Shown here: positions 17,660 through 31,302 of the stretch, one piece after another
Layout: every line of letters starts with the position of its first letter
Numbering within the stretch: position 1 is the stretch's first letter
Assembly (NCBI RefSeq): GCF_009914755.1
Contig: NC_060928.1
From: the human T2T-CHM13v2.0 reference genome, Homo sapiens
Direction: 5' to 3' (one strand)
Length of the DNA: 64,000 nt
Translations under genes and position numbers: made by a program
Notes under the pieces: model-generated
What the model was told of the DNA's origin: nothing
Databases searched by the model: none
Seen by the model: only the letters and a program-made list of their open reading frames with translations

Positions 17660-18190
17660 GTTGTATGATATTTTTGAAGGAATTATAGTTTTAAAAATAT
17701 TGAGTCTTTCCATCTATAACATGGCATCTATCCATATAGTTAGCTTTTTGTAATCCTGATTAAAGATTTATAGTGTTCTTCACACATATTTTCATTCTAT
17801 TTATTTCTAAACTTTAATAGGATGTGTGTGTATGCGTGTGTGTGTGTGTGTGTGTGCATGCTATCATAAATGAGATATGTTCCATTAGATTTTCAAACTG
17901 GTTATTGTAGGTATTAAAGGAAGATATTGATGTTTCATATATTTTTTGACTGACCTGATCAACTTTCCAAACTTAATTACTGGTTCTCTTGTATTTTTCA
18001 AATATACATTGATATCACTGTCAAATAAAATTAATCACTCCAATTCTAATACTTTACGTATTGGCATAGACTTAAAAAGCAGCATGCAACAAGTATACTC
18101 TTAAACATACCAGGAGCATTATCTGAAAAGAGGATTTTTAAAAATTTTGTAAAGAAAGTATTCTTCTATTTTTGTTTTATTATATTATGT
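17660..18190 (-). mobile_element. Old L1M fragment containing a (TG)n tract (17823-17858)
   Basis: aatattgagtctttccatctataacatggcat resembles antisense L1M ORF2. The TG repeat is seen directly. Confidence 0.5.
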
Positions 18191-18269
18191 AATTAAGTTG
18201 TTTTTATTAGTAACTTGTACAGTTATAGAGTAGCAAGTCACAATAAAGTTAATCTAACCTTTTTATTCT

Positions 18270-18395
18270 ATTTTTAGGTGTACAGAACCGAAATTCAGAA
18301 AAATTAAATGATGTACTAAGTGTTGCGTAGCTAATTAGTTTTAAATACCAGGTTTTTTGGTTTCTAATTTGGTGTCTGTGTACTTTACCATTTAC
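18270..18395 (-). mobile_element. MIR fragment
   Basis: gaaattcagaaaaattaaatgatgtactaagtgttgcgtagctaattagt resembles the MIR core. Confidence 0.45.
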
Positions 18396-19224
18396 CATTT
18401 TTCTTGTTCATGGCAATCATTTTTATTCACTCCTGTCAAAGTCACTTGGCTAAACATGCACACCAAGAAATCATGGGAATAAACACCCTCAATTAATATT
18501 ATATAAACCCTATTTAAGTTTTAATATGGCTTGTTTTTCAGTCTTTAGTTTATTATGACAAGTTACATTGTTGTAGCTTCTCATGAAAACTATATTTATA
18601 TATTGGGAAAGAGTTTTCATGTAGTATAATTTAATTTGTTAGTGTTATGTAACCTAGAGCAAGCTTTCAAACTTTTTAACTATATAAATATAATCAATAA
18701 ATTTGAGCTGTTCTGGAAAAAAGTAGGAGAGGATTTCCAGAGACACCCACCACAATCAGCTCTTAGAGCTACAATTTGAAAACCACTCCCCTGGGGTATT
18801 TATAAATCAATTTGCCCAGTGCAGATCTACCTTCTTGGAATAGTGCCATGTCATTGCAACACGAGTAGCCTGTTTTTATTTACAGAAGTGTACTATATTT
18901 AAATAGAAATCATTTTTCATTTTTTTCTTAGTGTTAATATTTTTAATACTGAAACAATTTTCAACAGGGCACTTCATTCATGTATTAATCACTCTTTTAA
19001 CAGGTATTTATCAAATTTCTATATTGTAGAATGTACTGTGCAAACTCATTTATGGAATTACCCCGCACCCCCTGCCAAAAAAAAAAAAAAAAAAGAAATT
19101 TAGAGGCCAGTAGTGAATATTGACTAACTATACAAAGAGCTACACTCTAAGGCCAGAAACAACAAAAAGACCCAAATGTGGTAAATATAGGATACTGTAG
19201 AATCTTAGAGAAGAGTGTAATGTG

Positions 19225-19595
19225 CTGTGGTACATACTGAGATACTTGCTTCACAGCCAAGAAAGACATCTGAGCCTCTGTTCAGGAATTGCCATGGACG
19301 GGAATTGTTCCACCCTCTTTCTAGGGGCAGCATGAATCCAATGAACAGTCATTGCAAAACTAGAAATGTCTAAGTTCATTTCTTCAGGGGACAAATATGA
19401 AGGGTTATCTACAGACTAGTACGTTGGATGATCTAAACTGGTATTGTATTTGCATCAAACTTTCATCTCTTCCTCTGTCCAGTCCCTCTTCCCTCACTCC
19501 ATTGCAAGTGCTCTCTCAGTAGCACTTCAAATAAACCTTCTGCATACAAGCAAATCTCCATCTCATACCTGTTTCCTTGAGAACCCAACTTAGAA
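19225..19595 (+). mobile_element. LTR16-like ERVL solo LTR
   Basis: 3' end aataaaccttctgcat...aaatctccatctca...tgtttccttgagaacccaact is typical of LTR16. Confidence 0.6.
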
Positions 19596-19977
19596 AATAG
19601 ATTAGAAATATTTGCATGGAACTGATAGCATCTTAATGGAAATTTCAAAACTAGCAGGCTTAGGATATATAAAGCTATGGAAGGAGGATATTTCAGGTGG
19701 TAGAATGCTGTAGCTGATATATCTATTAGACTAAATCATTTGTACAATGACAAGAGTTGATTACCAGAGTGCAGAGAACACATAAAATTGTTTTGACTGG
19801 AAAGTGATTTAGGAAAAAAATTATTTTGTGGGTAAATGTAAGACACTAAATAATTTTTGGATAAAATCAGACCTGAATTTTAGAACACCTTTACCTCTTT
19901 TATTTAATTTTTTAAAAGCTAAGAAAAATCTTAGATTCAAAATTATGTGATTGCACATAAAATCACTGGACATTTTC

Positions 19978-20467
19978 TATGTATTCTATATTAGTAAGTG
20001 AACTAAAATGTAATAGATGTTTAAATCAAATTCTTTTGCATTGTCTTAATTGACCAATTTCTGTTAAAATTTTTGTAATTATTTTTAATATGGAATGTGG
20101 GAAAATAGAAAATATCAGTTTATGCAATATGTCAAATATTTAAGTACCAGTACATTTTCTTATATTGATATATGTTGAGCCCAACATATATCAATATGAT
20201 ATCTGATAGAGTTATCTTGATATATGTATTCTATATTAGTAAGTGAACTAAATTGTAATAGATCTTTAAATCAAATTCTTTTGCATTGTCTTAATTGACC
20301 AATTTCTGTTAAAATTTATGTAATTATTTTTAATATGGAATGTGGGAAAATAGAAAATATCAGTTTATGCAATATGTCAAATATTTAAGTACCAGTACAT
20401 TTTCTTATATTGATATATGTTGAGCCCAACATATATCAATATGATATCTCATAGAGTTATCTTGATA
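19978..20467. repeat. Tandem duplication, 2 x 245 bp
   Basis: Copies 19978-20222 and 20223-20467 differ at 4 positions by eye. Confidence 0.95.
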
Positions 20468-20544
20468 TATGTTGATATCTCAAAAAGTATTTTTTGAAAT
20501 GATAAAAATATTGAAATTATACCATTTCTTACATGGTAATTTAT

Positions 20545-21620
20545 TCATTCAACAAATATTTATTGAATACTACCATATGTTGTACCATAAGATCAGAGAA
20601 TAAGGAAGGAAAATAGAAATATCAAAAATAATTACAAGCATGATTTGTTCTACAAAAGGAGAAATACCAAGTGTTCTAGAAATATGTCATTGGAGGGCCT
20701 ACTTAGGCCTGAGAGTGATAGATAAGTGGAAACGTTTAGGCTAAGTATGCATTAGCCAAGAAAGGAAAATGAAGAGTATTCCAGGAAAGGGGAAGGAAGA
20801 ATGCCTCATGCAAATGAAATAGAATGTTTCTAGGCTTGTAGGAAAGAGAGCTTAACACATTGAAGCACCTGAAATAAGCCCAAGGCAGCCAGAATAGAGA
20901 CATGGCTTCTAATTAGCTAAAAGGGGGAAAGACCATCAAGGGTTTGATAAACGATGTTGAAATTTCCAAATTTTATTCAAGGAATAACGTGACACTGAAG
21001 GATTATTATTATTATTATTATTTTTTTTTTTTTATTTTTTATTTTTTGAGATGGAGTCTCGCTGTGTCATTCAGGCTGGGGTACAGTGGTGTGATCTCAG
21101 CTCACTGCAACCTCTGCCTCCTGGGTTCAAGTGATTCTTCTGCTTCAGCCTCCTGAGTAGCTGGGATTACAGGCGCGCACCACCACACCTGGCTAATTTT
21201 TGTATTTTTAGTAGAGACAGGGTTTCACCATGTTGGGCAGAGTGGTCTCGAACTCCTGACCTCAGGTGATCCATCTGTCTTGGCCTTCCAAAGTGCTGGA
21301 ATTACAGGTGTGAGCCACCACACCCAGCCGACACTGAGGTATTTTAAACAGGGTGGTGATAAAATCAGATTATCCCATGCTTGCCAAGTAGAGAATTCTG
21401 CAACTGCCATTGAACCAGACTGACTGCATGACAGAACACCAATTAAGAGGCTAATCTTCTTACTTAGAGAGGACCTGGTTAGGTTGTGGGCCATGGGATG
21501 GATAGAAGTAGATATCCTTGAGGATATTTACAGGATTGAAATAAGATTTGGTGATTTAATAAGTGTGTGAGGAAGACAAAGATTAAAATAATGATTCCTA
21601 GGTTAATGGTTGGGACAAAA
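20545..21620 (-). mobile_element. L2 3' fragment interrupted by an Alu
   Basis: ttcattcaacaaatatttattgaatact tail followed by purine-rich L2-like sequence. Confidence 0.6.
21002..21329 (-). mobile_element. Alu (AluSx-like) with an (ATT)n/T tail
   Basis: Antisense Alu dimer with gacactga on both flanks (TSD remnant). Confidence 0.93.
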
Positions 21621-24600
21621 TGAACTCTAATAAGTTGTCATGTTTGGTTTTGTGGCCTTTTAAAACGTCTGCATACTTAGAGAAATGGAGACATTACTTT
21701 TTGTTTAAAGCACTATGTATCATTTAGAATTTACAAATCTGAAGGAAAGAGAGAGAATTTAGGAAAACATAATCTGGCTTACCACAAACAGTATTGTCTT
21801 GAAATATAAGGTAGCCTTTTTACAAAAATGTGTGCAAATAAACTTTTTGTCATGGGGATTTAAAAACTGTCATCCATGCTCTCGGTATAGGCCTCTTGTC
21901 AATTCACCAAGATACACTCCAGCTTCAGGTCATTTTGATCATAAAGTAGGTAAACTGGAATAGATTTAATTTAATTCAGTTCAACATGCCCTTCTGAGCA
22001 ATTCTCTATATATAATATGTTATATTGAACACACAGTTTACATAGTCCAAAGGAAAAAATACGAGACACAAGATGAAGGTTTCAGTTTGGGCTCCTCAGT
22101 TAACCGGTTGACTTAGGGCCTAAGGGTCCCCTAAGATGGAGACAGCATGATCACAATGCTTGTAACTTCCTGTTTACTTCTCAGCTGGCTGTGAGTCTCT
22201 ATTATGAATGACTATTTGAGTGTATATGTATATATGCAAATATATGTATATATACACACACGTAATGTTACATGGCAACTCAAATTTTCCTAGATATTTC
22301 ACACAAACTAGATTCTTTGTATTTGTCGTCCTCTTTTTTTTTTTTTTTGCATCTTGTATCTTAGTTTCTATTTACCCATAAAAATATTTGTTTGTTGGGT
22401 AGAAAATGTGGTATTTTTCTGGTTAGGGGTTTTTCTCTCTGAACCTGATGCTGATGAAACATGAAGGCATCAGGGCTCCCTGCTGAGTCTGGCACCTCCC
22501 AGAGTATTCACTGCCTTGCTGGGCCCATGCTTATATTAACAGATTATCCTTGGTTACCACACACATCTGCAGGTTACAAGGAACCTAGAAATATGTATAA
22601 GGAAATTAGACGAGTATGATAAATATTTGATGTCCCACGTGATCCTCCAAAAGTATCTCTTAAGTTCCTTTGCCATTTCAAGCGTAGGAAAAGATCCTTC
22701 ATCATAAACAGAATGACATAAAGTCTCAGTAATTTTTTTTTTACTTTTTCCCCAACTTTTCCTAGCCATAGGTGAATAATACATTTTGCCTTTTAGAAAC
22801 TCATTATCCAGTGGTAAATTATTCTCAACCTCTGATTCTCTTCTTTTAATTTTTCTACTCTTTGCTCTCTATATTTGATGTCCACTGGTATTTCTATATC
22901 AAGTGGATGGATGAAATTAAAACAAATTTTATTTCATATTTTTTAAAAAGGTTTACTCTGGCAGCAATTTTTACTGCCAATTTAAAGGACGTTTAGAAAT
23001 TATCTGTATGTGTTATTCATACTACCAATGTCCCATTAGCTTATATTGTTGAAAATCTGCTGCATCACCAAGAGATAAAAAATACCACCATGCATGCACA
23101 AAAATAATGACCATTCATTACCCCTTGGCTAGCACACATTTTCACCAAGGCTCTGTTTTCAAGGTTAATTTGAGGATAGATGGAAAAAAGCTTTAAAGCG
23201 CTGGAATTTTCTAAGGCAATCCAAAATCAGAGAGGTTAAGTCTGGGTGATATAACAATAGGTTTTAGTTAAAGGGTTTATTTGCTCGAAATACTGACCTC
23301 TGAATCATCCCTGACATCTTCATGAGGGAAGGTTTCACTGATTTTACATGCCAACGGCTCATTAGGAATATAGCATAAGGAAGATAAATCACAAAGTCAT
23401 AAAGTTGAGCAAGGTAAGTAAATGCTGCAGCAAACTAAATGCAAGTCCCCCAATTTATTGTTTTCTGTACCTTCTTCAAGTAAACTAAGTCATTCAGTGG
23501 AAGATAAAGTAAAGGATAAAGGCATGACCTGGAGTGGTCATGTGGGTATTGATTGAAAATAATAACACAACACCAGATTAGTCTAGTGCTCAAATGTGTA
23601 AACATTTTAGGGATATAGTAGTTTTATGTAGCAATTATATTGATATATGATATCTTTTTCGTATAAATAAGCTACTAAAACATAAATTTAAGATTCTGAT
23701 ATAATTAGAAGATATTAATCAGGTAGATGTGTGATTATGAACAAGAAAAACTTGTATAAAAATATTCTGAACACAAGTTTTTGAACTTACTTGTAGTAAT
23801 ATAAGCTATATTTGTCAATCAAATTCCTACAGTATTTGTCATTTGGAGATACTAATGATAATAAGATGCACTGCACTTACTTCAGTCTTTAAAATATAAT
23901 TGGATGTTTTGAGATATTAACAGTGAGCACATACCGGAATAGATTGGCAAGAATCAGGTATATTGCCCTTATCAAAAATACAAGCAATCAAAGGGAACAA
24001 AGGAGAAAAAGGAGGAGACATTCTGCATGGCTCCCCAGGTTCTTTCTTCCCACACTGGAAATGCTGATTCGGTCTCCAAGGAAGGTTTCATAGGTTTATT
24101 TCTCACCACAGGGAGGATTTACATTATGAAACATTTCCATTTTTACCCGAGAAAATGTAAAGCTTCAGGACATTTTCTGAGGAGCCACAAACCATTAATC
24201 CATAGATCCTGGGTTTATTTACTACAGTATTTTTTAGCCTGGGATATCCTGCTAAGGGCTTTGTATAGATAAGGAATCTTCCACCTAGTAAATATTACCA
24301 GTCTGTTTACCTGGGGTTCCAATTGGCAGGGAAATTAGACCAACCTTCACCCTCAGTTGCTGCCCTATACACACACCAGTGAAAGGAGTGAATACATCCT
24401 AGACCAGCTGCTTAACTTTTTTCTCTTCAAGTACTAATCAATGAAATGTAACTGAGTTGACATTTGCAAAAATATTTTCCAAAGCCATCTAAATATTTAA
24501 GCGTATAATAATTTTTGGCAAACCCACTGAATTTTAATTAACAAAACAAGATTATGCCAACGATTTCTAAGAGAACTAAAAATCCTTCAAAAATAAAGAA

Positions 24601-24624
24601 TTAAGTAACAGTGGAAGTAATGAT

Positions 24625-24850
24625 GATAATAGTATTTAAGCTCTTACCACATGTCAAGAACTTTTCAATATTCTGTACATGTATTATAAGAATCAGAATA
24701 ATCTTCTGGGGTAGGCACTATTATTTTCCCATTTAACAGATCTAGTGTTTGAGGCATAAATGAAATGGCTTAGCCTGGTTTACACATCTAGTAGATCCCG
24801 AAGCCATTGGTGAAACCCAGGAAGTGTGACCTATGTTCTTGACTGCTAAA
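24625..24850 (-). mobile_element. MIR
   Basis: gtaggcactattattttcccatttaacagat...tgaggcataaatgaaatggcttagcctggtttacacatctagt. Confidence 0.6.
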
Positions 24851-25764
24851 TCATGCATGAAAATCCACTAGGATTTTTATTAATAAAACTAGATAATAGA
24901 AACTGGCTGATTAGGGAATAATAGTAAAGAATTAATTTTGTTGATTATTACTATTATAAAAATACAATAGATTAAATATTAAAATTAGTGATTCAGGTAG
25001 GAAAACATCAATCAAAAATAGTTTATTGAACTCATCATGAACTTTGCATCAGGTGATTGGGCTACAAGGCACAAATGAAGTAGAAGGAAAAGCAAATAGC
25101 ATAATATTACTACCAGCCAGAAAAGACTGGAAACGGAGTTGCAGGTTATGTCAAGTGAGATATATTTAAATATCAACATCTTAGAGGTGATAATTAAAAC
25201 AATTTACAAAACTGAGATCATTTGTTTTCTAAATAAATGTCATTACCAGGCCAAAATTTTAAGTTAGACATATTTTAGCATTGAAGTGACTCAGAGTGCG
25301 ATTTTCATTTGTAAAATCCTAAATAATATGAAGACTGATAAACTAAACTGAGAAAAGAATGATAAACAAGAAAGAGAGAAGTATGACCTACATTGCCATC
25401 TGTTGGATAAATGAACATCTGTCATATTGAATGAAAGATGAAGCTTGGAATTCCCAGAGAATCTCAACAGCCAGCACTACCCGTTAAGAGCAAAAACAGA
25501 TTTCAAGCCTAATTTAACTTTCTTTTATTTTTGATTTGGAAAATATATTTAAAGAAGGGGCAAAAAAATCACCCTCTAATAATCTAGAAACCATGGATTT
25601 TAAGATCCCCAGGTATAATTTTAGACCAAATTGAATGGAATTGTGCTAGAACAAAGAAGATTGTTGAAATCTATCTTATATAGATTTTATGCACTCCAGA
25701 AGCATCTTGTTTTCAAGATGGATCCATTCAAGTCACAAGGTATGGTGGCAAAAACTTGAGCCTG

Positions 25765-25890
25765 GAACTTAGTCTGAGCTCTAACATGGTTTCATTTTGA
25801 GCAGTCACTTGACTTTTGGGGTCTAAATTTCTGTTTTTATGAAAAATGGATGAGATTGGATTAAGGAATTTCCAAAGTTAGGTTCAACTG
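25765..25890 (+). mobile_element. MIR fragment
   Basis: ttgagcagtcacttgacttttggggtctaaatttctgtttttatgaaaaatgg. Confidence 0.5.
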
Positions 25891-26058
25891 TACTCCTGTT
25901 TATGCTGTGTACCTATTTTAAAAAGTAGTCTGTTAAAAATTGCTTACTTTAAATATTATTTTATAGATAGAAGTAGAGTTCCTAGAAGTTCCTTTTATGT
26001 TTATTTATTTATTTTTTTACTTCTCAAATTTTACATCAGTATCTGTTCTCTCCTTTAG

Positions 26059-26250
<192 letters not shown>

Positions 26251-26781
26251 TGATCACAGTACCCATTAAAGTCAATATTGTAGTGTGAAAGAGAAAGCAG
26301 GGGGTGGGGGGAAATTAGGCATTGAAATGACTTTAAATATTTACCAGAAGTATTAAGCAAGAAATTCTATTTCCGACTTAGAATAATGTAAAGGAAAAAA
26401 GTAATCTGAATCTTACCTAGGGAAATAGCATCATCTTTCATTTGTTACAATAATAGTTTTTATAAAATAGTAAATTTAATATTTATACACTTTGTAGCTG
26501 CTTGGTTTTTAACTTGTAACATGTACAAAATCAGAATAAGAGCTTGGATAAATTTCATATAGTAAGACAGAAAGTCTACTGCAAGATGTGACATTACAGT
26601 ATTTTACCTTCTGTATGTGTCATGTAATATGTAGAAAATAGTTTGCAGAAAATGAACTCTTGTTGGATACTACTGATCACATGTAAGAAGAAGCTGAGTG
26701 CCAATAATGATGTTTCATGAAATACTGGGACAATAACTTTCTCAAGGAGAAATACAAACGCCCTTATATAAATGATGTTTC

Positions 26782-26884
26782 TATAATTCGGATTTGCTAT
26801 ATATAAATTTTTGATATATATATCAAATATATATATATTTATAGCATTTGATATATATAATATATATATATAGCAAATCCAAAT

Positions 26885-26917
<33 letters not shown>

Positions 26918-27072
26918 AGATATATTTGGTAGGGAAATAAATCATATATATATCATATAAATATATCAAATCATATGTATATATACACACACATATATAT
27001 ATGATTTGGATTTGCTATCTATCTATCTATGTATCTGTCTATCTATCTATCTATCTATATTTGGTAGGGAAA
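26782..27072. repeat. TA-rich low-complexity block with inverted and direct repeats and a (TCTA)n tract
   Basis: Seen directly. Explains ORF 26594..26911. Confidence 0.85.
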
Positions 27073-27294
27073 AGCCTAACATAATTGAGTGTGTATGCAG
27101 AGCTGGTAACTGTAAATTTCTAACTGTCTAAAGTTGATGACATTTAGGGTAACAGGTTCTTCAGTAGGTATTTTTAGTGCTGAGATGTAAGATGCAAAAC
27201 AACCTAGACAAAATGAAGTGAGGAGTAATTAGCAATACAAATTTCTCAATAAATTCATGCTAATATGGATGAAACTATCTTGATGCATTTAAAA

Positions 27295-29370
27295 TTTTTG
27301 TTTTATAGTGAATAATATGAAACATATAGAAAACTGCATAAAACACAAAGTTTAGTGAATTATTTTAAAGGAAAGAACCACTACTGTGGTCAAGAAATAG
27401 AAAATAGCCAGGATTCTCAACCCTCCCATATGCTTCTCTCTGATTACCGTCAGACCATCCTTGTCAATAGTGTAATATTTAGACTGATTTTTACGATGTT
27501 AATTTATTTGCATTTAAAATATGTTTTTATCACCTGTGTTTACATCCTTATATAATTGTTTTGTCAATGTTTCAACTTATGAATGGTCTCAAGAATGCGT
27601 ATATCCTTTTCTTCTTGCTTCTTGTGTTCAACAGTGTGTTTATGTTATTGATCCTTGTTGTTACATGGAGTGGCAGTTTATTCATTTATATTGCTGTATT
27701 GTTTTCTATTGTATGGATTTGTCCCACACCACTACAGTTTGTTTCCATTTTTAGACTGCTATAAGCTGCTGTTACAAAAATTCTTGGATATACATCTTGG
27801 ATACTTTTATGCTTGTAGGTGTATTTCTGTAGGTTTTGTATCCAGAAGTAGAACTGCCTGCAATATAAGAAACCATATCTTGAACTTTACCAGATAACAT
27901 CAAACCCATTTTCATAGTAATTTACTAATTTACATACCACCAGCAGTGCAGGCATTGCCCCACATTCTAATCAAGTCTTGAATTTGTAAGACTTAAAATT
28001 TTATTAACTTATTGGGTGGATATAATGATATATCCTCATGATTTCAATTTACATTTCCCTGATTATGAAACAGTCTGCACCTTTTCCTACATATTTAGGC
28101 TCTTCAGGTGTTTCTGAGTTAATTGCTCATTATTTTTTTTTTGGAGAAGGGTGTCTTTTGCTTTTTATAATTGATTTTAGAAGTTATGTATATATTCTGA
28201 ATTTTAGTGTTTTATCATTTAATTTTTGCCAGTTTTGTTTTCTTCTCTGTGGATTTTATTTCAATGCCATTTATAGTATCTTTAAATTTAGAGGAACTAT
28301 GAATTTTCATCCTTATTATTATTACTGTTTAGTATTATCTAAGAAATTACTCCCTATCCCCCAGAGTCATGAATATATTATGCTCAATTATGTTCCAAGG
28401 GTTTTACAGTTCTGCCTTCCAAATTAAGGTCTTTTATCTATCTAGAAGTTTTTTTTTTTTATATATACGGGGTAAGAAAAAGGTAAAATTTTACTCTTCA
28501 ATACTCTTCATTTGTTTTATTGAGATATAATTTAAGTGCACAATGACTTAGAGTAGTCGCATTCACCAATTTAACCACTAACCAGGTCAAGTTATTGAAT
28601 GTTTCTGTCACTCAGAAAGTGCCATTATTCCTGTTTTTATTATTAGAAGCACAGACAGTTTGCTTGGCCTGAAAGTTTATATAAATGGATAAGGTAGTAT
28701 TTACACATTTGTGTCTTTCTTCTCTCAACATTTAAGGTACATTCTTATTTTCATGTGTCAATAATTTTGCTTGTTTGTCTTTTAATTTATATTGCTGAGT
28801 GGTATTATAGTCTATAAATATAATATGGTATCTTCTAAATGTCATTTTCTGTTTGCTGCTGTATATACAAATGATATTTTATATTGATTTTATATCTAGC
28901 ACTCTTGCTCAGACTTTTAATTCTGATAATTCAACTGTAGATTCTTGTGAATTTTCTGCAAATTGTCTTGTCATTTGCAATTAATAAGAGTTTTTGCCTC
29001 TTCTTTTGTTATTTTACACCTTCTAGGGATGATGTTGAATGGAAATAACAGTAGTAGGCATTTTTGGATCGTTATCAATCTCGGAGAGAAAACATTCAAC
29101 ACTATACCACTATACTACTATATATTTATAATTAACTTAGATCAGATTAAGGAAACTCCATACGTTCCTGGGATATGCATAATTTTATATAAAATTGCTT
29201 ATACATATGTAAAATTATAATTATGCTTATGTTTACATAAAATTATTTGATTTGCTACCACCTTGCATAAGGGTTTTATATTGATACTTATGACTGAGGT
29301 TGCCTAAAGCTGTCCTTTCTGTTGGATTTTGAAATTAAGGTATGCTGGCCTAACTTAAATGAGTTAGCAA
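27295..29370 (-). mobile_element. Old L1M (L1MC/ME-like) fragments
   Basis: T-rich antisense L1 3'/ORF2-like motifs such as ataccaccagcagtg, ttttatatctagcactcttgct and tcggagagaaaacattcaac. Confidence 0.65.
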
Positions 29371-29499
29371 CAAGGCAAAGCATCCAGAACCATGTCTAGT
29401 ACATCACAAGAAGTTGTGGTTAATTTTCATTAATAACTGAAATTTCAGTAGAGGGGTAATGCCATATGTTTAAATAGCAACAGTAGAAAAGTAAAAAAA

Positions 29500-30450
29500 A
29501 AAAAAAAGTGAGTATGTTTGGGTAGTAATTAAATGACTTTGTGAAGTTGTTGGGAGAGATTTTTTACAATGTAAGAGATTTGAGTATATTTGAATGCTCA
29601 CAGACCAAGCCAGTAGTGAAGAAGAAAATGAAGATATAAGAAAGAAAGGTGATAATTGATAGCGATACAGTAGGGGAAAAGAGAGGATTGGATCAAGAAT
29701 TAGATGGAGTACTTAACCATAGGCACCGGGGAACATCATTTTCCAGGGTGATAAGGGGTAGGGGTAAGAAAAGAATGCTGTGTTTGCAAGCAAGTCTTTA
29801 TGTTTGATGTTAGGAAGTTAAGAAAATTATTAATAAATTGTCTTTGCTTGGAGAAATAGGAGGCAAGATTATCTTCTAATTGGGAAAATGCAGCAGAAGG
29901 CATTGGCAATAATGAGACTGGAGGTTTAACAACAGTGGAGAAGTTTCGAAATAGCTGCTGTGGCAAACAAGAGAGGTGACTAGGGAATATTGAAGAAATG
30001 CCAGGGCTCACATGAGGCTAGAGATCAAGAAATCACTGTAGTACTAATCTACACAGTTGTGGATGTTTGTCCAGCAGCATTGAGCAGACTGAATAAATTT
30101 AAATTAATGTAGGCTTGAAGCTTCATCGGGTTATTTTTGTTTTGTATTGTGTTGCTTTGTGTTTGATAGCAGTACAACAAGGCAGTATGGTTAAGAACAT
30201 TGGCAAGGCAATGGTTGAAGTGACAAAGCATAAAATCTAAACTGAACATGAATGGCAATGAAGAAAGGAAGAGTATAACAGAGACAAAGTATGGCTCGAG
30301 AGGTTAGTGTGTGTTCAGCACATCTGAAGAGCTTGTATATTAGTATGGATTAAGTGAGAGAGCTTCAGAGCCAGAAATTATGTTTGGGGAGAGAGAGAAC
30401 TGAATTCATTATCCTAAGGCTGGGTAGGTTCTAGGCACTCATCAAGGGAT
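29500..30450 (-). mobile_element. L2 internal (ORF2) fragment
   Basis: Minus-strand ORF 29736..30011 contains 'EDNLASYFSK', resembling L2 ORF2 'DDLASYFTEKI'. The + strand is purine-rich. Confidence 0.5.
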
Positions 30451-31204
30451 GTTTGTGAGGGTGGCAGAGGAGAGCTTCATTTAGCCTTCTAAAACCAGTG
30501 TCATTTAACGGAGTTCTGAGGTCAATATAGTTGTTTCAACCTGCTCTGAATTCAGAGTTTGTAATTGTTAAATCTCTGCTATTAAAATGATAGTGAATCA
30601 TACACATTAGATTACATCTACTTTGTCCTTAAGTAATAACTCCTGTAATTATTTCATTTTTTATGTTCCTATGTCCCAACTCCCAAACTGTATTGAAATG
30701 TTCTGTGAGCTGGCACTATAGAGGTATTATGAAAGGCACTATAAATATTTATTCCATGGTACCTTGTATACCTTTGACACTTGAAATTTTTTTTGCATTG
30801 TTTTACAAATTTAAGCATTCTTAATTTTGAAATTTTCATTTTTATAACTCAATTATTTTTCTACTAAGCTGCAATTTAATTACTAATTTTTTTAAAACTC
30901 CAGATCTAACACTCAAGTAATTTTAAAAGTATTATGGATTAATTCATAGCTTGCCAGCTCATTTTATAAATGGGGCAGTTCCTTTGTATAGGTATTAACC
31001 CATATAATAATGCTTTCAAAGATACTTATGAAAGGAAAATAACACCACGCAAACAATTGCAATATAGATTTACTAGATGTGTGTCCAAAATGAAGGTTCC
31101 ACTCCCAGTTTCTCCATGTCTCAAAAGGAGTGAATGGTTTTTCAGTTGACGGACTGTCAAGTTGTCAGTGTTTATTCTGCTGCCAGTGGCTCAGTGTATA
31201 CAAA

Positions 31205-31302
31205 GACTGCAGCCTTATCACCTCAAGCAGGGGTATTGTCAGGTCTCATAAACTAAACAGAGTTTTGTCTGCTCAGGATTTGAATGTGTGATGTACCAAG
31301 GA
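31205..31302 (+). mobile_element. Degenerate 5S-rRNA-derived sequence (AmnSINE1-like head or ancient 5S pseudogene)
   Basis: Three colinear blocks match recalled human 5S at 13/18, 16/22 and 12/18 nt. Confidence 0.55.
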
